A DNA stretch of 64,000 nucleotides from Naegleria gruberi (taxonomy: Eukaryota), in NCBI GenBank assembly GCA_000004985.1, contig GG738855.1; one strand, 5' to 3'. The notes beneath the pieces are model-generated. The model was not told the origin of the DNA. It ran no database searches and was given only the letters and a program-made list of their open reading frames with translations. Position 1 is the stretch's first letter. The number at the start of each line of letters is the position of its first letter. Below are positions 45,623 to 58,300 of this stretch, one piece after another. The position numbers and the translations under genes were made by a program.

Positions 45623-46183
45623 TTATTGTTGGGATTCAACAAAGGCTCCCTTTTCGTTTATCTTTCTATTCTTTGCTCCTTGATGCTTTTCAACGAATAA
45701 TTTAACATTTTCTGGGACTTCATAAGTTTGTGGTGGTCTCTCCTTTTCAAGTTTAACAATGAACCATTCCACGAGGTCCTTAACCTTGAGAATTTTAGGT
45801 AAATCAGCATTAGGAATTTCTCTTCCGAAACGAACCATAGCGGTTCTGAAAACTTTAAATCTCAAACTTTGTTCTCCCAAAGCAAAATTATATACGTCGT
45901 TTGGAGTGTATCCTTCTTCTTGAGTTATTTTTGTAACAATCTTCTCCAATTCTGATGTGAAGAGTTGTCTCAATTCTTGGCGAGTTTTTGTGAATAATTC
46001 AGGAGTTATAATACCTCTGACTTCAGAGTCTTGTTCTCTATGTACATTGTTTGTTGAGAAAAGTCTAACACTGGCAAATTTATGATGATGAGTGAAAGCT
46101 ACGGAAGATGATGAAAACTTGGAGCATGATGAGAGAACGCTCTTCTTTGCAACAACGGCGCGCAAGAATTTAGTTGCGAACAT
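45623..46183 (-). CDS. Small mitochondrial-targeted protein, possibly mL50-like
   Basis: 186 aa with a presequence-like N-terminus (MFATKFLRAVVAKKSVLSS). The C-terminal block LGEQSLRFKVFRTAMVRFGREIPNADLPKILKVKDLVEWF resembles the mL50 conserved region. aaaaaaaaATG start. Confidence 0.3.
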   Translation of the reverse strand: MFATKFLRAVVAKKSVLSSCSKFSSSSVAFTHHHKFASVRLFSTNNVHREQDSEVRGIITPELFTKTRQELRQLFTSELEKIVTKITQEEGYTPNDVYNFALGEQSLRFKVFRTAMVRFGREIPNADLPKILKVKDLVEWFIVKLEKERPPQTYEVPENVKLFVEKHQGAKNRKINEKGAFVESQQ

Positions 46184-46312
46184 TTTTTTTTAATTTCAAA
46201 TTTTTTAAAATTACAAATAATAAAAACTGTACATCAATCATCAATATGTAATACAATATTAAAAACAAGTAACAATCTTCTCCTTTTAATTATTAAATTA
46301 TTACCATCTTTT

Positions 46313-48250
46313 TTATTTTGTTCTCTTCCGAATTGTTTCCAAAATAGACACAAAGAAATTAGAAACACTCCTTCTGTCATCGAATAATTTTGGTATTGAT
46401 GTGAAAAAGTATCTACAATAATCTAGCAAGTAGGGAGTATTTACACGGGCAAGTAATTGGACTAAAAGTAAAAAGTCAGGCGCAACAGTAGAGGAAACCT
46501 TGATAACTTGTCTGTGATCTGTTCCAGCACTCAATTTTTCTACTTTTTCAATGTCCAAATTGTTATTTTTACAATATGTAACAAGTGAAACCTGAGATAA
46601 TGAATCCTGATTCCAAAGTGAAGACACAAGTTTGACAAATTCAGTATCCACACATTTTGAATTTTCTACAACAGTAGAAATGATTCTATATTTTTCTGGA
46701 GCCTCAAAACCATCATCTCTACTCAGTATTACCTTTTGAACTGCAAGGTCATCCTTACTAATGACCAGATCGAAAGATTTCATTCCATTAAAGTATTTCC
46801 TTTGAACCATTGAAGAATATTCGAAAATATCTGGCATTTGATGTCTTTCAGTATTCGTATAGGTCTTGTTATTCAATTTAAATCTTTTACCACAAGCTTT
46901 TACTCCATAACGTCCATCCTTATTTCCAATCTTCCAATCACTAATATTATCTTTCAATATCTTGATAAAATCTTCTTTCTTTCGTGGAAAATATATTTCC
47001 TCATTAACAGATATTCCAATATAGTAATTCAATTCGTTAGTTGATGGGTATCTAGCTTCATATAATCTTAATTGTTTAACTATTTGTTTCATGTCAGTAG
47101 TTTTCTTCATAACTCTGGTTTTCATTTCAAAAGTGACATCCTCTTCCTTATTAATCTCGCTTCTTGAGATTTTGTTAGCTTTCTTATTGGAAGAGTCCTG
47201 AATTACATTTTTAGAAGGGACATAATAACATGGTAGAATATACAGAGAATTAGTGTCAAAGTATTGAGAATCTAGTCCCTTGTCTCTATTATCAGTTAGT
47301 TCTAAATTCTTGTATTGGTTTGAGAATGCTCGTTGAATGATTTCTAAATTTTTAATATCCCGTGAAATTTCGTATAATATTCTTTTCATAAAATATGCAC
47401 TGATACTATTCCAAGAGATGGTTGAAGTAAGAGCTAATATTCGTTGAAAGTCTGGCTCTTGGCACTTTGAGCTCTCAATAAACTTATTAATATCATCACT
47501 AGAGTCCAATTTATCAATTCCTGATTTATCATCAAGATTAGAAATATAATATTCATAGGATTCTGGTGAAATTTCATTATTCTTCTTTAAATGATAAGCC
47601 AATCTTTGAAGATCTCTATGTTGACAATTTGAAATATGAAGGATGCTAGAAATTTGATCTGACAATTCAACACTTAATGCTTGATCCAGGCCTTTCACAA
47701 AAAGAATTCTTTCCTGTGGTAATGGTACAAAAGTCAAGTCGTGCATTTCAGTTTTGTCTTTCACTATCTTGATTAACATATCATAAGAATTGAAAGCAAT
47801 TTTTTTAAGAACCTTCACCTTGTTCCAAGATACAGTCTTTTTTGATTGTTGATCAGTGTCATACAAGATAACACAACTTACACTTGAAGAAAATTCAAAG
47901 CCTAGCAGAGAACTCACCTCTGTAGGATAGAGAGGCAAATAAATTTCTTGAGTATCGTTGAGAGAAATTCCGATCACTTGTATTGAAAAAACATCGTCAT
48001 TGTCACCCTCTCCTTCCAAATGGTAAACTCCAATATTTTGCATCAAAAAACTGTTATTAATTCTTTGTAATATTTCCACTTCTTCCAAAGCACATTTTCG
48101 CAAAGAAACTTTACCGTATCCAAGGAAATTATTGGGATCAAATTTATAACATCGAATGGATAGCTCTTTCATGTTCTCTGTTTGCTGATGCATTCTTCTT
48201 TTTGGCTTTGTTATTGTGTGGTTGGTGAATGTGTTGTGTAGGAACGCCAT
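46313..48250 (-). CDS. Hypothetical protein (645 aa)
   Basis: Uninterrupted ORF with ATG at 48250 rc in the aataaaATG context. No recognisable domain. Confidence 0.45.
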   Translation of the reverse strand: MAFLHNTFTNHTITKPKRRMHQQTENMKELSIRCYKFDPNNFLGYGKVSLRKCALEEVEILQRINNSFLMQNIGVYHLEGEGDNDDVFSIQVIGISLNDTQEIYLPLYPTEVSSLLGFEFSSSVSCVILYDTDQQSKKTVSWNKVKVLKKIAFNSYDMLIKIVKDKTEMHDLTFVPLPQERILFVKGLDQALSVELSDQISSILHISNCQHRDLQRLAYHLKKNNEISPESYEYYISNLDDKSGIDKLDSSDDINKFIESSKCQEPDFQRILALTSTISWNSISAYFMKRILYEISRDIKNLEIIQRAFSNQYKNLELTDNRDKGLDSQYFDTNSLYILPCYYVPSKNVIQDSSNKKANKISRSEINKEEDVTFEMKTRVMKKTTDMKQIVKQLRLYEARYPSTNELNYYIGISVNEEIYFPRKKEDFIKILKDNISDWKIGNKDGRYGVKACGKRFKLNNKTYTNTERHQMPDIFEYSSMVQRKYFNGMKSFDLVISKDDLAVQKVILSRDDGFEAPEKYRIISTVVENSKCVDTEFVKLVSSLWNQDSLSQVSLVTYCKNNNLDIEKVEKLSAGTDHRQVIKVSSTVAPDFLLLVQLLARVNTPYLLDYCRYFFTSIPKLFDDRRSVSNFFVSILETIRKRTK

Positions 48251-48358
48251 TTTATTTTATTTGTTGGTGCGTTTTGATGATTTTTTTACCAGCATTTAGA
48301 GGTTTGTTTGGATGCAAAAAATTAACGAAAACTCAAGTAAAAATTTTATTTTCAAAAT

Positions 48359-50209
48359 TTAATGCATATAAGTTTCAAGGTCGTCCTTAACAGTTTCCCA
48401 CAATTTTCCACTCTTGATGAGTTGACAAATATTTTCAATATCTGGTGAAAGGAATCTATCTTTTTCATATTTTGGAACTACTGATCTAACCAATTGATAA
48501 ACCTTTTCTAAAATTGGCGTAGTTTTGAGAGGTCTTAAAAGATCAACACCTTGACAAGCACACATTAATTCAATTGCCAAAACATATTCAACATTCTTGA
48601 CAACATCAAGACATTTAAGACTAGCAAATGGACCCATAGATACGTGATCTTCCTTAGCAGCAGATGTAGATAATGTATCATTGGAACTTGGATGCACCAA
48701 AACCTTATTTTCACTGGTTAATGCACTAGCTGTACAGTGTGCAATCATAAAACCAGAGTTAAGACCTCCATCTTTAACCAAAAATGCTGGTAAACCACTC
48801 AAGTTACCATCAATTAAACGAGCAATTCTTCTTTCACTGATATTTGCCAATTCAGTAATACCAATAGCCAAAAAGTCCATAGCCTTAGCAGGATATTCAC
48901 CATGGAAATTACCTCCACTGACAATTTGTTCGTCATTTTCCAAAGAAGTTGTCAAATGTAATTCTGAACGAGAATTTTCATCATCTAAATGTATGTGATG
49001 CGAGTTTGGAACCTGACTTCCTTTCTTATTACTAAATACCATTGGATTATCGGTGGCTGCATTTAATTCATTTTCCATAATATTCTTACAGAATTCAACA
49101 GTGTCGTTGACAATACCATGCACTTGAGGAATACATCTCAATGTATAGGCATCTTGGACTCTTGAACAATTCAAATGGCTTCCTGAAATTTCAGAAATTT
49201 CAAACTTCTTTTCATTTCCAACAGCTGTTTCAAGTTAATAAATATTATTTTGTTAAAACGTACTCTTTTCGGAGAACAAAAGGGATCTCATTCTACCAGC
49301 AACTTTAACTTGTCCAGTGTGACGTCTGGCAGCATGAATTCTAGCATCAAAAGCTTTGAATGTACCTCTAAGAGCTTCCAAAGTCATAGCACCAACAATA
49401 TCAGCAACACGAGTGGCATTAACAGAACGAACCAAAGCTTCAGTACCCAAAGCACAAATGAATTGAGTACCATTGATAAGAGCCAAACCTTCCTTAGCTT
49501 GAACTTGAATAGGTTCCAAACCGTGTTCCTTGAGTACTTTGGCAGCATCCTCATAGGTCTTTGTTGAAGGATTGTACATTAATCCTTCTCCCATCATTCC
49601 GAGAGCCATGTGAGCAAGAGGAGCCAAATCTCCAGATGCACCAACACTATATGTTAGAAATTATCCACATCATTATAATTTTCCACAATAATATTTAAAG
49701 ATTATTAATTATCATCATCATAAATATAAATTATATATATGAAATTATTAACACACTACTAATACTCACCTTCCTTTACATGGAACAGCAGAAATGCATC
49801 CAGCATTAAAAGCCTTTACCAATTTTTCAACAGTATCCAATCTAATACCAGAGAAACCCTTTGCCAAAACGTTAATACGGAGAGCCAACAACATTTTAGA
49901 TCTTTCCAAAGATAAGTACTCTCCAACACCAGCAGAATGAGAACGAATTAAATTCTTTTGTAAATCTTCAATATCTTGCTTTGCAATAACGGTTGTAGCA
50001 AAACTACCAAAACCTGTATTAATACCATATTTTACCTGATCAGTAGAGATGATATCATCAACAATTTTTCTAGCCTCCACAACACGTTCCTTTGCTTCCT
50101 CCGATAATTGAATTCTAGTTTTAATATCGTAACCAATTTGATATAACTGCTCACAGGTCAAATTGTCTCCATCCAACACAATGATATGATGTTCGTTGTT
50201 GTTTTGCAT
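48359..50209 (-). CDS. HAL: Histidine ammonia-lyase (histidase) in three exons
   Basis: Exons are 49770..50209, 49264..49646 and 48359..49224. The spliced product contains the MIO-forming [62 protein letters not shown] and KEDHVSMG, all collinear with HAL/PAL-family histidases. The track start at 50251 is TTG; the first ATG is at 50209 (aaaaaaaATG). Confidence 0.85.
49225..49263 (-). other. HAL intron 2 (39 nt)
   Basis: On the minus strand, GAAAAGA|GTACGTTTTA donor and ..AACTTGAAACAG|CT acceptor. Phase 1. The splice restores ..[38 protein letters not shown], matching the region preceding the conserved [10 protein letters not shown]. Confidence 0.6.
49647..49769 (-). other. HAL intron 1 (123 nt, very AT-rich)
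   Basis: On the minus strand, AAAGGAAG|GTGAGTATT donor and ..CTAACATATAG|TGTTGGTGCATCTGGAGAT acceptor. Phase 2. The splice creates ..[16 protein letters not shown], exactly the conserved context of the Ala-Ser-Gly MIO triad. Confidence 0.75.
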
Positions 50210-50430
50210 TTTTTTTATCAATTCGGAGGAAAAATCATCAAACTCCTTCAAATGGCACAGAGTTTACAATATAGATTTCGTTACCTCTTCAACTAATAAG
50301 GATTCTCAAACATGAAAAAAGTTGAATATTTTTCTATTACAAGATGGTTTAACAAAACGTGAATTTTTTGAAAGAAATAGTAAAAAACTGTTATCCATCA
50401 TATTAACATGATGTAATCTTCACATTTGAA

Positions 50431-52317
50431 ATGGAAACTTGCGAAAATCATCACAAAAAAATGAATCAACTTCCCGAAGATTTGATCTTTTCAATTTTTC
50501 TCTATTGTCCCAAGACTAGTGATGTAGCAAATTTGCTACAATTGAATAGACATTGGTTGGGTGTGGCAAGATATGAAGCCTTGTGGCGGATGAGGTTTGC
50601 ATTCCATTTATCGGATAGAATTAAGAGTGAGGAGGAAAGATTGGCCGATAATCAACAAGCCTTGTCAACTTCTAGATCAAAGGGAACAATTAGAAAATTA
50701 AAATTACTTGCAAAGAGTCATGTTGATGAGGCTGAAAAATTGTACACCAGAGAGAAGGTTTGTGAACACGGAGGAGATGATGATAGAGAACAAGGTATTG
50801 ATTTTTATACTGGATTCCGTTTCTATACAATCTTTAAAAAGGAAATTGAAGGTTTAAGAATTGGAAAAATGACTGAGAAACTGATGGAGCTCATATCTTG
50901 TAATTATGAAAGGACTAATTATGCAGTTAATGATGAGAATATTTTGACTGATGAAAACCCATTGAAAAAGAAATGGAAACGGTTTATTGACTTTGTTGAT
51001 TCCAATTTGGTGCCAGACTCAGAGTCTGCTATCACAGATCAATATTACATGTTACAAAAAAATTGTACAGCTCAGTTTGCAACCAAATTTGAGGCAGATT
51101 TATCCTCAATGATGAAAAAATTGAGAAAGTATTTTTTCAAACTTTCAAAACCTAAAGAAGAACTCTATCAAGAATTTAACAATGCAGTTGCAAATATTTT
51201 GGAGCCAGTGAGGATACTGACAGACACCTCAAAATACAAGTATCCTATTGATGCTTACAAATGCCTTCCTGTAGCTGTTGAATCTATGAATTTTGATTTG
51301 GTACACTCACTTCTCGTTTCCATCAAGGATGATTGTAAAAGAACTGATTCTGAAAGACAATATCGTGACATTTCTGTGAAGAACGGAGATGCACTTGATT
51401 TTTGCAAAAAATTAATGACGTCATTTATGAACAAATCCTATCCAGTGGAAAATATTATGTATTTCTTGAATAGTATGGTTGTGATTTTTCCATCCTTGAT
51501 GCATGAATTGAGGAATAAGAACCATGCCAAGTTTAAATGTGATGAAGATTTATTGGCCAACTCAATAATTGATTGTAGAAATTACTATACAGGTATGGAA
51601 CTTTCTATGGAGCTCTTCGAGAAGGCAATTAGAGGTATGTAGAATTTAGTATTAATTTTTTGACTTTCAAAAGATTGGGGATTTCCAGAGGGTTCTAACT
51701 TTGTATCAAAGCTTTTGTATAGTTATCATAATGTCTGTAAAGTTTCAGATTTCACCTCCTCTCTGAGGAGAGATGTAATAGATACAGGAAAGCTTATTCA
51801 CCTTATTGAATTATATGAGGAGGTTTCTGGTGAAAAGTGTGATGATGAATTTGCATTCCTCTGTGCCGCATGTACCCCAAATGTTGAACTATGTAAATAC
51901 TTTACAGATACAAGAGGATTATCTTTGGAGAAAAAAATAACCAGTGGCATGCACGCACTGCCATATGGTTATATGAACTATTATTATCCACAGACCGAAG
52001 ACTTCATGTCAAAGATCGAATTTCTACTTGATAGAATGGATAATTTTTTCAATTATGAAATTGCTGACATAGTCAACACTGATCCACTTCTGAGATTTTT
52101 CTATTCCATTGCTTATGCTGATGCTAATCTTGTAGAAAATGAAGAAAAATATTTTAGAGTATTGAGAAAAATGTTAGACAAGAGACCAGACCTTGCTTAT
52201 AAAATTCGTGGTGATACTTCTGCTTTGGATATTATTGACCACCTAAAAGATGTAGAAGCGGTACAACAGGCAATTAAGATTATTGAGGAATACCAAAAGA
52301 AATGGGAAACAGAATAA
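50431..52317 (+). CDS. F-box domain protein in two exons
   Basis: Exon 1 is 50431..51634, with the N-terminal F-box LPEDLIFSIFLYCPKTSDVANLLQLNRHWLGVARYEALWRMRF. Exon 2 is 51689..52317. Both ORFs are in the same frame and the intron is 54 nt, a multiple of 3. The track start of the second ORF is TTG. Confidence 0.55.
51635..51688 (+). other. Intron (54 nt) of the F-box gene
   Basis: ATTAGAG|GTATGTAGAA donor and ..GGGGATTTCCAG|AG acceptor. Phase 1. It removes the in-frame TAG at 51640. Confidence 0.55.
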
Positions 52318-52348
52318 ATGAAATGGTTGTTAATTTATTACATTCTCA

Positions 52349-55300
52349 TTAAATCAAGAATACAGACAATACAGAAAATACAATAGCCAACAAGCCAGCA
52401 AAGTTTGTTGAACCAGCACTGATAACCTTACTCTTAGAGGTCTTTGGAGTGATAACAGTTGTACTCTTTGAGGCAGTTGGAGTGACAGTAGAAGTACCGG
52501 TAGCAATAGATCTACTGACAGCATAGGTACCACTTTGTGAAACTTGAATAGTGGCAGAAGAGGAAGAAACAATTGAAACACTACAAGATGAATCCTTACT
52601 GAAAACCTTGGTTGAGTTATTCCAAAGCAAACAATCATATTTGGAAGTACTTGTACCCAAAGTAAAGTTACCACTAAGAGTAATTCCAATCTTCACTCCA
52701 TTCAAGCTCAGCTTGGCACCAGTATCAGCATTTTCCAAGCTAAGTTCAAAGAGTTTGGACATAATGGTCATACTTTGAGAATAAATTGCCTTATACAAAT
52801 TGCTCAATTGCTTGATATTAACACCAATTGAAGTAATCGATGAGGAGAAGCCAGCAGTAAAGTTAGCAGGCAATTGATATTGAGTATTATTAGCAATAAC
52901 TTCACTGTAAGAAGCAGTAGAAGATGCAGAAATCTTCTTGGTATAAACAATAAATTCACTGCTTGAGGAAATTGAAGCTGCTTGATCGAGGAGTTGATTC
53001 TTACTCATGCCTGCCAATAAACTAGCAGCACTGTCCAAAACAGATTGTGAATCAGTGGCAAGAGATCTCAAAGCTTTAGCACTTCTTGTAGAAATACCAG
53101 AGCTGGATAAGATATTCTTAATAAAGTTTGATAAGGATGAAGCAATTGAATTGGCAAGATCACTTGAAATTGGCTTATCAGAATTTGCCAAAGCAGTCAA
53201 TGACGAAGCAGTAGATTGCAACATTTGACCTCTGGTATTGGAATCAACCAAATCCAAACTATTAACTGCAGCAGAAATGAATGAAATGGTTTCAGCAGCA
53301 TCTTCAACACTAACAGCAACTTGAGATTGCTTACTCAAAACTGAACTAATAACATTGACAAGGAAAGCCTTGACTTGAGTAACAACTTCAGCTGCCAAAT
53401 TTTGATTAGAAATTGAAGACAATGAAGAAACTGCAGCAGCACTACTAGCAGTAGAATCAGCAACGTTAGCACTTTGGTTAAGGAAATTCAATGCAGCTGA
53501 ACCACTTGTCAAATCAGGAGGATTAGAAATAACACTTGTTTCAATATCACTGAAAGCATTCTTTGAATCGAATACTCTAGCTCTAATTCTCAATTTCTTA
53601 TCAGCAGCTGGACTAGGTGGCAATTTAGCTTGAACTTGATTATCAGTAGTTCTACCAGACAATGTACTCCAGATTCCACGAATGGCATCATAGAAGAAGA
53701 ATTGATAAGTCAATGGAGAGTTAGAATCATACCATCCACTACATGTGACGGTAACAGTATCAAGACCAGCAGTACTACTTGCAGGACTGGCACTAATGGC
53801 TCCTGGCAATGGTGGGCTGTTAACAGTAAATTCGAATACAGAGTAACCACCTGCATTTTGAGTAGAAACATCAACACGAACTGAATAAGTAGTATCGGCA
53901 GAAAGTGCCTTACCAGAGATGAGCAATGAACGACCACTTGTCTTTGAAATAGTTGTTGATCCTTCACTCAAAGTGAAACCTTCAGTCAATGAAGACCAAG
54001 TGAAATTGATAGGATTTTCTTGAGCTGGAACATAATTCAATACATCAACAATGAGTGGAATATTTTCACCAAGTGGAATTGATGATGGAATCCAATCATT
54101 TCTAGTAAGTCTAATACTAGCAGTAAGAACTGCATAACCAACCATTGAAACATAAACTTCTTGTGATGCAGTTCTTGATCCCTTAGTATAGGTTATAACA
54201 ATTGAATATTCACCTTCTGGTAATGAAGCAGCAGGGAATGTAGCAACCTTATTAGAAATAACACCTGACATGCTGTATGAACAAGCAGAATTGGTTAATA
54301 AATTGGTACATGTTGCTGAGAATGTATCAGTGCTTGCATCTCTAGCTGGATCATAAGATCTAGTGAAATCAATAGCAAAACTTGTTGTAACAGAGGCCTT
54401 TCTAGTAGTACCACCAGTAATCATCAAGACAAGATCGGTAGCAATAACTTGCAAAGTAACAGTAGTTTCATAGGATGAAGCTGGTGATGCCTTAGCAACA
54501 GCTCTAACCTTGAATGAATAGGTACCAGCAGATGGGAAAGCATTTTCAAGGAAAATAGCAACTCTATTGTTATCTCTTAATGTCATAGTAGCTGTGGCTG
54601 GTCCAGATTCTTGTGACCAAGTCCAAATCAAAGTACGATCACTGAAGAAACAAGATGGATATTCAACAATTGGAAGAATAGAATATAAACTACCCATATT
54701 GACAGATTGAGAAGCACCACCTGGAATACGAACAATAACTGATGGAGTTGATGAAACAGTAAACTTGAAACTAGAAATGGCAGTTAAATTGAAACCATTT
54801 GTAACAGTGACAGACATGGTAAATTCACCATTTGATAATAAAGAAGCGTCCAAATATCCAAAACTTCCACCAACAAGAGCCAATGAAGCAGAAGCAGCAG
54901 TTAATGAACCAGGTCCAGAAATTGAGTAAACAAACTTCAAAGGTCTTCTATCAACAGAAACTGAAGCAGAAGCATCAAATAAGAAAGTAGTACATGAAGA
55001 AACATTCTTTGGACCACGCAATTCAGCACTTGGAGGTAAGAATGAAGATCCACTACTAGTAACTGAAACTGAACCAAATGCATTGTCATTATTTTTAACT
55101 TGGAGAGCATCACCTGGCAAAAGAGAAGCAGCACTACCCAAAATGATTTGGAATGAATTCTTTGAACGATCATCCCATCTACAAATTGGAGCAGAACCAA
55201 CAGCCTTCAATGATGATTCAGATAAAACAACAGCACAATCAATGTTGTTAGTTAATGAGGGGAATGCAAATTCGAATGAAACTCTATCACCAATAGAACC

Positions 55301-58300
55301 AAATGTTGCACTTGAACCAAGTTTGATATTACATTTGGATCCACTCCAACCAGAGGCACATGAACTACAAGATTCACCAGCATACATACCCAACAAGTTG
55401 TTGGAAATACAGGAACAAGCACCATTAGCAGTACAGAAACCATTTCCACTACATTTCTTCATTGGATCACAAGTAACATTACAACTAGGTCCATACCAAG
55501 AAGCAATACAAGTTCTACAGAAAGGACCAGCAAAGTTTCCAGTACAACTACAAGTAGTATCAGCATTACAAGTACCTCTTCCCAAACAAGTAACATTAGC
55601 ATTACAAGCTAAACTCTTACAATCAGCACCTCCATAATTAGGTTGACAAATTTCACAATTAGAGCCAGCCCAGAAACCACCTGCTTGAGTTGAGTTACAG
55701 ACACAGGTATTTGGACCAACACAAGCACCATGTCCCATACATGGATTATTTTCATAAGAACCACAAGTGAAAAGTTANNNNNNNNNNNNNNNNNNNNNNN
55801 NNNNNNNNNNNNNNNNNNNNNNNNNNNACAACTTTGAGGTTTGATCAAGACCAAAGCAAACAAAGAGTGAGCATGTTGATCCTGCATAACCCTTAGCACA
55901 GACATTACATTCATTACCAGCCCATCCATTCTTACAGACACATTTATCTGGACCTGAACATAAACCATTTCCAGAGCATGAACCAACAGTCTTTGAGTAA
56001 CAAACAAAGTTTTCACAATTTGCACCATATCTGGTTGTATTACATTGACAAACGTCTTGAGCAATACATTTACCACCACCTGAACAAACGCTCAAGCTTG
56101 ATGCAGCAACACCCTTACAAGTAATAACTGTAGTATTTGTGTTGGAATTTGAATTAATTTCACAATTCTTTCCAGTGAATCCTGCATTACATTGACAATA
56201 ATCAATATCAATACATTTACCATTTCCTGAACAAACCTTAGAATTATTTGACAAGATGCCAAAGCATGATAAAATGTTTTGGTTATTGTTGTTGTTAATT
56301 TCACAACTCTTTCCACTGAAACCACCATTGCATTGACAAGCATCAATACCAATGCATTTACCGTTTCCTGAGCATACATTAGTATTATTGGCTAATAAAC
56401 CAAAACATGATGGGGCAATTTCACAATTCTTTCCATTGAAACCACCATTGCATTGACAAGTGTCATTGGAAATACATTTACCGTTTCCTGAACAGACCTT
56501 AGTATTGTTTGACAAGAAACCAAAACATGATGGCATTGGTTGATTGTTGTTGTTGTTATTAATTTCACAATTCTTTCCATTGAAACCACCATTACATTGA
56601 CAAGTGTCATTGGTAATACATTTACCATTTCCTGAGCAAACCTTAGTATCATTGGCTAACAAACCAAAGCATGATGGCATTGGTTGATTATTGTTGTTAT
56701 TATTAATTTCACAATTCTTTCCAGTGAAAGAAGGATTGCATTGACAAGTGTCATTGGCAATACATTTACCGTTTCCTGAACATGCATTAGTATTATTGGC
56801 CAATAAACCAAAACATGATGGCATTGGTTGGGTACCATTTCCATTATTTTCATTATTTGGATTAGGTGGCAATTCGTAATTCATTGGGTAGTAAACAGTA
56901 TCAATAGCAATATCAAGTTGAGCACAAATACTGGCACCATTGACAGAGATTGGAATATTCATTTCAACTGGACCAGATCCGGTATCCTTAGCAAAACCAA
57001 GCTTACTTGGAAGAGGTGTTTTGAGAGGTGAAGGAACCTTATTCAAACACAATTTAACACCAGTCATATCATTATCGAATGAGTAACCATTACCAAATAA
57101 AACACCAACGGCTGATTTGGTTGCATTATTAACAATTACAACAGTGTTAGGATTTCTAAAAGTAGTTCTAGCTTCAACAAATTTAACATCATTGAATGAT
57201 ACTTGAGGAGGAACAGTAATAAAACCAAATGATAAAGAATCAGAAACAGTATTCTTGTCTGCTCCAGCAGGAACAACAATATGACTATCAGTAAATGTTA
57301 AAAATTTCATATTGCTACAAGCTGGATCAGAACCATCACCACATTTACATGAAGTGAATGTGATAACATTTTCTTGCATATTTGTCAAACAGGTCATCTT
57401 CTTAGCAACCAAATCTGGCTTCATATTAGCAACCATTGTAGTATAAACCTTAGCTGGAATTTGAGATTCAGGATTCAATGACCAAACCCATTTTCTTGAG
57501 GCAACAGGTTTAGTAACATCCCATTTCAATTCCTTTTGAGAAGCCTTAACCCAGTTACCATTTCTGAAGTTGTAAACATTCTTAATTACAACACCATTTG
57601 TACATGAACTATCCTTACAAGTTGAAAGAGAATTGAAAAGACCATTTTGTGGATTGAAACAACCCTTGAATGCATGACAGGCATCAACATTATTTGGAGG
57701 AGCCAATTCCCAATATCCTAAAGGACAGAAAGTATTTGGAACTGCATTGAGAGGAACAGTGAAATTATTGTTACTAATTGAAACATTAAACTTGGCAGCA
57801 ACTTGAGCACTAGAATCTTTACACAAACACATATCCATCAACTTGTCATATGAACAAGTGGCTGGACAATCTGCCAAAACAGAAGGAACAGCACAAATAA
57901 CACCATGAACAGGATAACCTTCACATACACCATTAGCAGTACAAACTTCAGTTGAGTTGCAATCAGGACAATTAATATCACATTCATAAATATTATCGCA
58001 ATTACTCTTAAGCATGGCTTGATTTGCCTTACCACACATAACGTTTGTTGGACAAGTAGTGTTATCATAGAAATAACCATCAGCATCAGAATCAATCATT
58101 GAGCAATTCAATGTACTATTGCAGTAAAAACAACCTTCATTACCACAGCTAGTGAATGGGCAACTGGTAACACTTTCACAAACCTCTTTAGTAACTTGTG
58201 GGACTACAGCATTAGTAGCAAGATCGATACATTTTGGAATCATGACATTGTTAGAAATAACCAATGGAACAATATCTTCCTTAGTAGAATTAATTAACAA

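Noticed and set aside
48930-49020. The HAL loop insertion as an unspliced in-frame intron
   Set aside because: No GT..AG pair gives an in-frame excision of plausible length; candidate lengths of 27, 76 and 122 nt break the frame or are too short. It is kept as a genuine insertion; see findings.
45514-50251. Using ORF-track start coordinates at 45514, 50251, 63557, 21027, 11021, 49174 and 49627 as real starts
   Set aside because: The codons at these positions are TTG or GTG. This eukaryote's genes start at ATG in an A-run context, so those M's are artefacts of a bacterial start-codon table.
56090-57000. Interpreting the near-identical 130-nt tandem blocks as a non-coding satellite or mobile-element remnant
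   Set aside because: They are in frame within a long ORF and encode complete EGF modules with conserved Cys spacing. They are a coding tandem repeat, annotated as such.
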